A stretch of 64,000 nt of DNA from the human T2T-CHM13v2.0 reference genome, Homo sapiens. Below are positions 57,001 to 64,000 of this stretch, piece after piece. The DNA is taken from the NCBI RefSeq assembly GCF_009914755.1, contig NC_060939.1. One strand, given 5' to 3'. The notes beneath the pieces were generated by a model. It did no database searches. It was given only the letters and a program-made list of their open reading frames with translations, and was not told where the DNA came from. Positions within the stretch are counted from its first letter, which is position 1. Every line of letters begins with the position of its first letter. A program made the position numbers and the translations under genes.

Positions 57001-58301
57001 TGCTGGATGGAGGAGAACATTCTCCCCCGGAATATCCCTGCCTCCATCTTACAGGCAATCCACAGGTACCAAAAGGAAAGATCCCAGATTATATCTTCAC
57101 CACAGTAGTAACAAAACTAGGGGTGGTCAGAGGAGGAGCTCCAGGTCCAGCCCTTTGGGTGCAATGCCCAAGGGGCCCAGAGGACATTTATGCACCCTAT
57201 GCCTTAAGTGGTCTGCTGGCATGAGTGGTACTGCAGTGAGCAAACCCAACAGTCTACGTGGAGAGGCAAAGCACTAATCAAATGTTCCTGTCAATAACTG
57301 TGCAAAGTGCTACAGAGGGAAGGTGCATGAGGAACCTCAGTCTTAGGGAGCATGGAACAAGGCTGGCAAGAGTGGAAACCCTATAGCTCGGTGAGACTGG
57401 GGACATGGCAGGAGCTAGACTCCTGGGCCCAATTTTCATTTCAGAACCAGGAGTCTACTACAGAACCCAATTTTCATTTCAAAGTCCTGAGTCTGCTACT
57501 GTGATTACAGAGCAGGGCACACACTGAAGGGGCCAGGTCCAGAGCCATGTGGGAGGAGCCCAGATGGAATGGAGGGGTGGCAGTGTGCAAAGAGAGAAGG
57601 GACAACTTCAGGAGATATTTAGGTCACAAAGACAGGACTGGGCTGTGCAAGAGCGTGGAGGGGTAAAGAGATGGGGACTGGGCAAGAAGACATGTCAAGA
57701 ATGACTCCTATGTCTCTAGTTTACAGGAAATTCACTGAGATACAGATGATGAGCGATGGGGTGGGGGTTCACCCCGGGCATGGTTTGGGGCTCAATGGCT
57801 GAGGCATCTATCCAGGCTGCTGCTTCACACCTGCCTAAGCTGCCTCCTTGAACCTGGATAGGGTCCTTCCAAGGCAAGTGGCTAGTCACGACCTCAGGTG
57901 CAATATGGAATTGAGGTTTCTACCAGGAGGTGCTATGTTGTTTCCCGAAGTACTAATACTTGCATCCTTGGAGAGAGAGAAAGACAGCAGAAAGGGGTGG
58001 GAGAGTGGATTAAAGGGCCAGGACCAGGGCCAAAAAAGGCCCCATTAACCCGCAGCCAAATGTCCACCTGAGGCTGGGTAAGCAGCTTATTAACTGATAA
58101 GAGGACAGTATGAAGCTGTTAGCTTAGGGAGTTTGACACTCACTGGTTTGTGGGAAGGCAGGAGGCTCTCAGGTGATTGAGGGAACTGAAGAATAATCTG
58201 TCAAGGGCTTTCTGCAGGTCCCTGGGATGGGGACTCCCTAAGGTTCCCAGCAGCCCTAGGTCTCCTTATATTCTGACTTTAAAATGTATGATAGTGACTA
58301 A

Positions 58302-58846
<545 letters not shown>

Positions 58847-59946
58847 TCTGGTTTCTGTTTTATGTCCATTATTTCAGTTAATCCAATGAGCAGCCCAAGC
58901 CTTCAAGATTTTATGTAATAAACCAACATCTCAAGGCAAACTGGGCTGTCTATAAATGTAAAACACTAGTATCTTTATAACAGTTACCTCACAGGGGACT
59001 AGCATCACCCATGTTGCTACCTGGCAAAGCCATCAAGCTGAACCATGAGCCCCAGAGGCTGAATTCAGCCCAGAGGGTTTTTCTTTGCCCTAGAGTCGGG
59101 ATGTGGTTGAAGGTCAGGAAGGCTGGGGTGGGGAGAAGACAGAAGGAAGCGAGGGACTGCCTTCTGCCTGCCACTGCCACAGTCTCTCTTGGCCAGCCCT
59201 GTCTGCAGACATGTAGGGCACTAACCTATCTCCATGGGCTTTAAGCAGGGTGAATGTTTAACACTGGCCATGTGGAAACTTGCATGGTCACTGGAGCAGG
59301 GACACAAGAAAGTCTCCTGTCAGGAGCCTGGCTCTAAGGGCTCTTGGTCCCAGTGATGGGAGACTCTGAGCAGCAGGGTTCAGAAAGGTCCAGCACAGTG
59401 ACCTGAGCTATTTCTATAGCAACAGCACTCTCCCCCGCTTCAAGAAAGTGAACGGAGCCACCTCAACCTGAGCATTGTCCAATGCACCTGGAAGACCCCA
59501 CACCACTCACAACCCCAATTATTCGAGGCATCCGGGAGGTACAGAGTTACCCCAGGATCTGCACCACCACCAAGTGCGTGGCTGTGGCTATTCCTCCTTA
59601 GGCTGGGGGCTTAGAGGGACCTGTGTGTGCCCGATGCCCTGGGAAGAGATTTTGAAATCATTCTTTCCCAAAGACCAGAAAGTAACAGAACTGTGGCATT
59701 ACCGCTTTCTTCCCCAAGTCTGCATTCAGACCAACCCAGTCATTACTGATCATGTAAGCTTGGGCTAATCACTTTGTTCTTTCAATGGCCTTGTTGGTAT
59801 AGCTACTATGCAGGGCTGTATTAAGGTGTAGGTTTTGTCTGGAAACTGCCAGGCTTATAATAATCACTTAATTAATTGTAGCTATTAATATTATGACCTG
59901 CTTCTTCAAATAGAAGGAGCTCTTGGTAGACTCCCGCACCTGCTGA

Positions 59947-60251
<305 letters not shown>

Positions 60252-60282
60252 TAACTTTTTTTTTAAGGGTAACATGAAACTA

Positions 60283-60505
60283 TGGGGTCTGAAACTATGG
60301 CCTGCAGGCCAAATCTGGCCTGGCACCTGTGTTTTATAAATAAAGTTTTATTGGAACACAGCCATGCTCATTCATTTACATATTGGCTATGATTGTTTTC
60401 ATGCTACAACAGCAGCCTTGAGTGATTGCAACAGAAACCATATGGCCAGCAAAGTCTAAAATATTTACTCTCTGCTCTTTTATGAAAAAGTTGGCAAATT
60501 CCTGA
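60283..60505. mobile_element. MER58A hAT-Charlie MITE
   Basis: GGCCAAATCTGGCC..AAATAAAGTTTTATTGGAACACAGCCA..TAAAATATTTACT. Confidence 0.85.
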
Positions 60506-60879
60506 TCTACACAATAGTTTCTCAAACTTTAATGGCAGTATGACCACCCAGCCTGTTTTTTAAGAATGCAAATTCCCAGGGCCTACTATCAAGGTATGAG
60601 ATTCAGTAGATGTGACCCAGGAATCTGCACTTTAATCAGTACCCCCCCCACCACCAACAACAACCACACACACACACCACCATCAATGACTGTCAAGCAT
60701 GTGGCATGAGGCAACATTATGGGAATCCTGCTCTGTGCAGTCAGCAATCCTAAGTGACACCAGAGCCGTGGCTTTCACCACAAAGGGGCAGATGGATCCT
60801 GGGTGGGGGAATGAGTCAGCCTCTGGATCCACTGAGGGAGGAACAGCTCCCCTGTCCTCATGGGTCTCACATCTGCTTT

Positions 60880-61800
60880 GCTTTGTTTTTAAGGTTCAAT
60901 ACAGAAACCTCAGAAGACATCAAAAAAGATGAAATAAAAAAAATCCCAAATCCCACCACCCAAAGATAACTACTGTTTACATTCTGACTTATAATTCCAT
61001 ATGATCCTAGTATTTTTCCTAGGTATGTGTATAAAAATATTTTCTCTTTATTTTACAACAACAACAAAAAATGGCATTAGAGAAACTGCTTGGAGTCTTT
61101 TCTCACTTGGAAATATATTGTAAACATGTTCACATGTCAATACATATTGCTAAAATATCATTCTTGGTATGCAACTATAAAAATAGAATGCAGTAGATCT
61201 CTATGAACTGATACTAACTCATCTCAAAGACAGGCTGTTAGCAGAAATAATGTGGCACAGAACAATGTGAATACAAGCTTGCATTTGTGCAAAGGCAACA
61301 GGGAAACATATCCTTGCATAAGCCTTGACTATCTCTGAAAGGATATGCAAGAACCTCTAAGTAATGGTTATCCCAGTGGCAGGAAATTAGGAAGGGACTG
61401 AAACTAACATTTTTACTCCATTATCTTTTATACTATTAGGTTTTCTTACCATTTGCATATGTATCCTTTCAGAAACATTAAATACCTACTTTTAAAAGTT
61501 GTCATTTTTAAGGTCTGCATTGTATTTATCATATACATGGACCATAATGTATTAATATTTAACTAGTCATTTATTGTTAGATCTGTAAGTAATTATTTAT
61601 TTATCAAGTTTACTCTGTAAGTCACACTGGGATAAATACCCATATCCACAAATACAGATAGCCATTTGTGAGTATTACCTTAGGTTAAATTCTCAGAAGT
61701 GGAGTCAGTAGGCATGGGCTTTTGTGATTTTAGGTTTTTAATAAATATTGTCAAGCCACTTTCCAGAAAGGCTACCCCATTCTACACACTGGGCAACAGC
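60880..61800 (-). mobile_element. old L1ME fragments (composite)
   Basis: AATCCCACCACCCAAAGATAACTACTGTT..ATGGACCATAAT..CCAGAAAGGCT. Confidence 0.55.
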
Positions 61801-62439
61801 AAACAGTGTCCATTTTCCCAAGCTCTTGGATGGCCCCTGATTTCTGATAGCGCTTCTCCTCAGAAGGCAGCAAGCAGCACACACAGCTCCCTCAGGCTGG
61901 CATGCCCCTTGCAAAGCAGGCACAAAGCAGGGGGCTGGTGCTATGGCAGCCATTTTCACACATAATGGCTCATAACAGTACTCAAATCCTGCCTGCTTCC
62001 CCTAGAGCCCAGGCCAACAACAGGGTGCCCCTCTGCACCTCCTTCAACTGGTCCAAGGCCAACCCACTGAACTCCATTTATTTGGAAGGATTCACTTTTG
62101 AAAGGCAGTTCCTGGAACCACCCGGACGCCCTCCTTGGGGCTTCATGTCAAGGCCTGCTGGCAGATAGACAGATGCTGGCATTCTTCTGCCCCTGCCTGG
62201 GAACAGGTTTGCAGGGCTGCTCCAGCACAGAGGCCCCTTTGAATTCAAGATGCCTGTCAGGTAGAGAGGCTCGGCATTTCCAGGACTTATCAGTCCTGGA
62301 AACTGCTCTGGTCTTCTGCCAACTATGCAACTCTTATTCTGCAGTAAATTGGAGGGCAGGGCAGGCTTCCAGTGTGAATACCAACCGCCAGAGCAGCAAG
62401 ACTGGGAAGAATGGGATTCCAGCCACCACCTAGGGCAGT

Positions 62440-62570
62440 GTCTCTGAGGCCGGCGGGCAGCCCGGGCAGCCCACCAACTTAACCCACGGGGCTTCCTCCG
62501 CCCGCCGACAGACCCACTCCGAGCCACTCCGGGGCCTGCCAGCACAAGCTTTTCCGGTTTTTTATAGCCC
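62440..62570 (-). promoter_or_regulatory. candidate TATA/ETS/GC-box core promoter or enhancer
   Basis: Minus strand reads GGGCTATAAAAAACCGGAAAAG, with a CA dinucleotide 29 nt downstream and a local CpG cluster containing GGGCGG. Confidence 0.35.
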
Positions 62571-62938
62571 TCAACATTTCATTCCAGATCAGGGGTGGGA
62601 GGGAGAGCAAACAGGATAAAGAAGTTTCTAAGGAAAGAGAGGAATGACTGTCACAGCAGCTCAAGGAGCTCTGAGCTGGGAATGCTGGCTACCCACTGCC
62701 TGCTAGCCTCTCTGAGCTTCTGCCCAGACTCCTTCAGTGGGGGCAACAGTGTTGATTGACCTGACAGTTTACTGAAATCAACTGGGGCAGCAGACCTTAC
62801 AAGTCCCGTCATGTGGAAAGAGGTGGCAGTTTGGTTTCGAACCAAGGAAGCCACTATAGAAACAGTTTTAGGAAAGAAGAGAGGCATATTTACCCAAAGA
62901 GGATAGAACTGAAATGCCTTACAAGTAGTGGTTATAGA

Positions 62939-63086
62939 GGCCTGGTGTGGTGGCTCATGCCTATAATCCCAGCACTTTGGGAGGCCCAGATGGGTGCATC
63001 ACCTCAGGTCAGGAGTTCGAGACCAGCCTGGCCAACATGGTGAAACCCCGTATCTACTAAAAGTACAAAAATTAAAAAAAAAAAAA
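62939..63086 (+). mobile_element. AluS left monomer only, with A tail and TSD
   Basis: Ends after the linker; flanks T(A/G)GTGGTTATAG at 62926-62937 and 63087-63098. Confidence 0.85.
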
Positions 63087-63254
63087 TGGTGGTTATAGTT
63101 TGTAATCTTATAGTCACAAAATCCCAGCCTATAGACCTTTGAGGTAGGTTCATTTTGCAACTGGCACTCAGGAAAAAACAAAAAGCAGAGAGGTGATCTA
63201 AGTTCCCAGGTCGCAGGCCTGAAGTATTTACCAGTAACTTTACCCCTTATTACT

Positions 63255-63815
63255 TAAAGCATGGTCCACAGAGCAGCATTGTCTGGGACCTTGTAACAAA
63301 TGTTGACTCTCAGCCTTCCCCAGACCTATTGAACCAGAATCCACATTTTTAACAAGATCCCCAGAATCTTCCAATATTCACTTGCATGTTCAAGTTTGAG
63401 AAGTACCGTTCATGTTATCAGCCATTGTCTCTCTACAGATATAGGATGGTGGTTCCTAAACCCCAGCAATCATTCAGGATCACTCAGAGAAATTGCTTGT
63501 ACCCCAATCACCCCAAGTCTGATTCAGTGGGTATGGGGTAAACCCTAGGCAACTGCACATCGAACAAGCTCCCAGCATTATCAGATGAGCTGGTCTGCAG
63601 ACTACATAAATGACTTGGAGAGCCAGTGAAATATGCGGACGTCTATTGGATTGAGACCATTGTTCCTCAACCTTAGCTGCACATAGAAATCACCAGAGGA
63701 AGTAAAAAAGAACACCCACCCCTGAATTAAGTGACCTGGAGTGTGGCCTAGGTTTGGGAAGTTATATAATCTTATCAGATGTTTAGAATGTGCAGCTAAG
63801 ATTGAGAACCAACAA
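63255..63815. mobile_element. cluster of three MER5A/B-type MITEs
   Basis: CCCAGACCTATTGAACCAGAAT..AACAAGATCCCCAG; CTGATTCAGTGGGT..AACAAGCTCCCAG; GCTGCACATAGAAATCACC..TTGAGAACCA. Confidence 0.65.
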
Positions 63816-63839
63816 TTTAGAATAAACTCATTTAAAATC

Positions 63840-64000
63840 TAGTTTTGATACTTACCAGGTACATGACCTTGAGTGATTTAACCATTCTGAGCAGTTTTCT
63901 CATCTTTAAAGTGGGAATAATAGCCACCTATGAAGTCTCTATATTTGAAGATATATTAGATGTCTGGCACACAGTAGGTACTCAATGAATGTTTGATGCC
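63840..64000 (+). mobile_element. MIR SINE
   Basis: TGACCTTGAG..CAGTTTTCTCATCT..TGGGAATAATAG..CTGGCACACAGTAGGTACTCAAT. Confidence 0.8.

Overview
This is human genomic DNA: it carries the human-lineage Alu subfamilies Yb8 and Yg6. It reads as a large intron or intergenic interval. I find no supportable protein-coding exon, structural RNA gene or CRISPR-like array, and I cannot name the locus. Nearly all ORFs in the track are Alu/LTR/L1-derived or chance ORFs. The one ORF with clear protein homology (47318-48454) is the 3' end of L1 ORF2. The window is layered with repeats: 16 Alus, an L1PA3-like 3' fragment, old L1M/L2/MIR pieces, MaLR and ERVL solo LTRs, and hAT/Tigger MITEs. The most notable observations are: (i) a ~1.2 kb CR1/L3 reverse-transcriptase fossil, readable only by translation, with a CpG-rich 5' half (exaptation candidate); (ii) two Alus of very different age inserted at the same target site; (iii) a 49-bp VNTR inside a DNA-transposon end; (iv) a candidate minus-strand TATA/ETS promoter near 62.5 kb; and (v) several candidate enhancer motif clusters. 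I did not find convincing evidence of a new multi-gene system. Repeat subfamily names come from remembered consensus sequences and need RepeatMasker/Dfam confirmation. Boundaries of old repeats are approximate.
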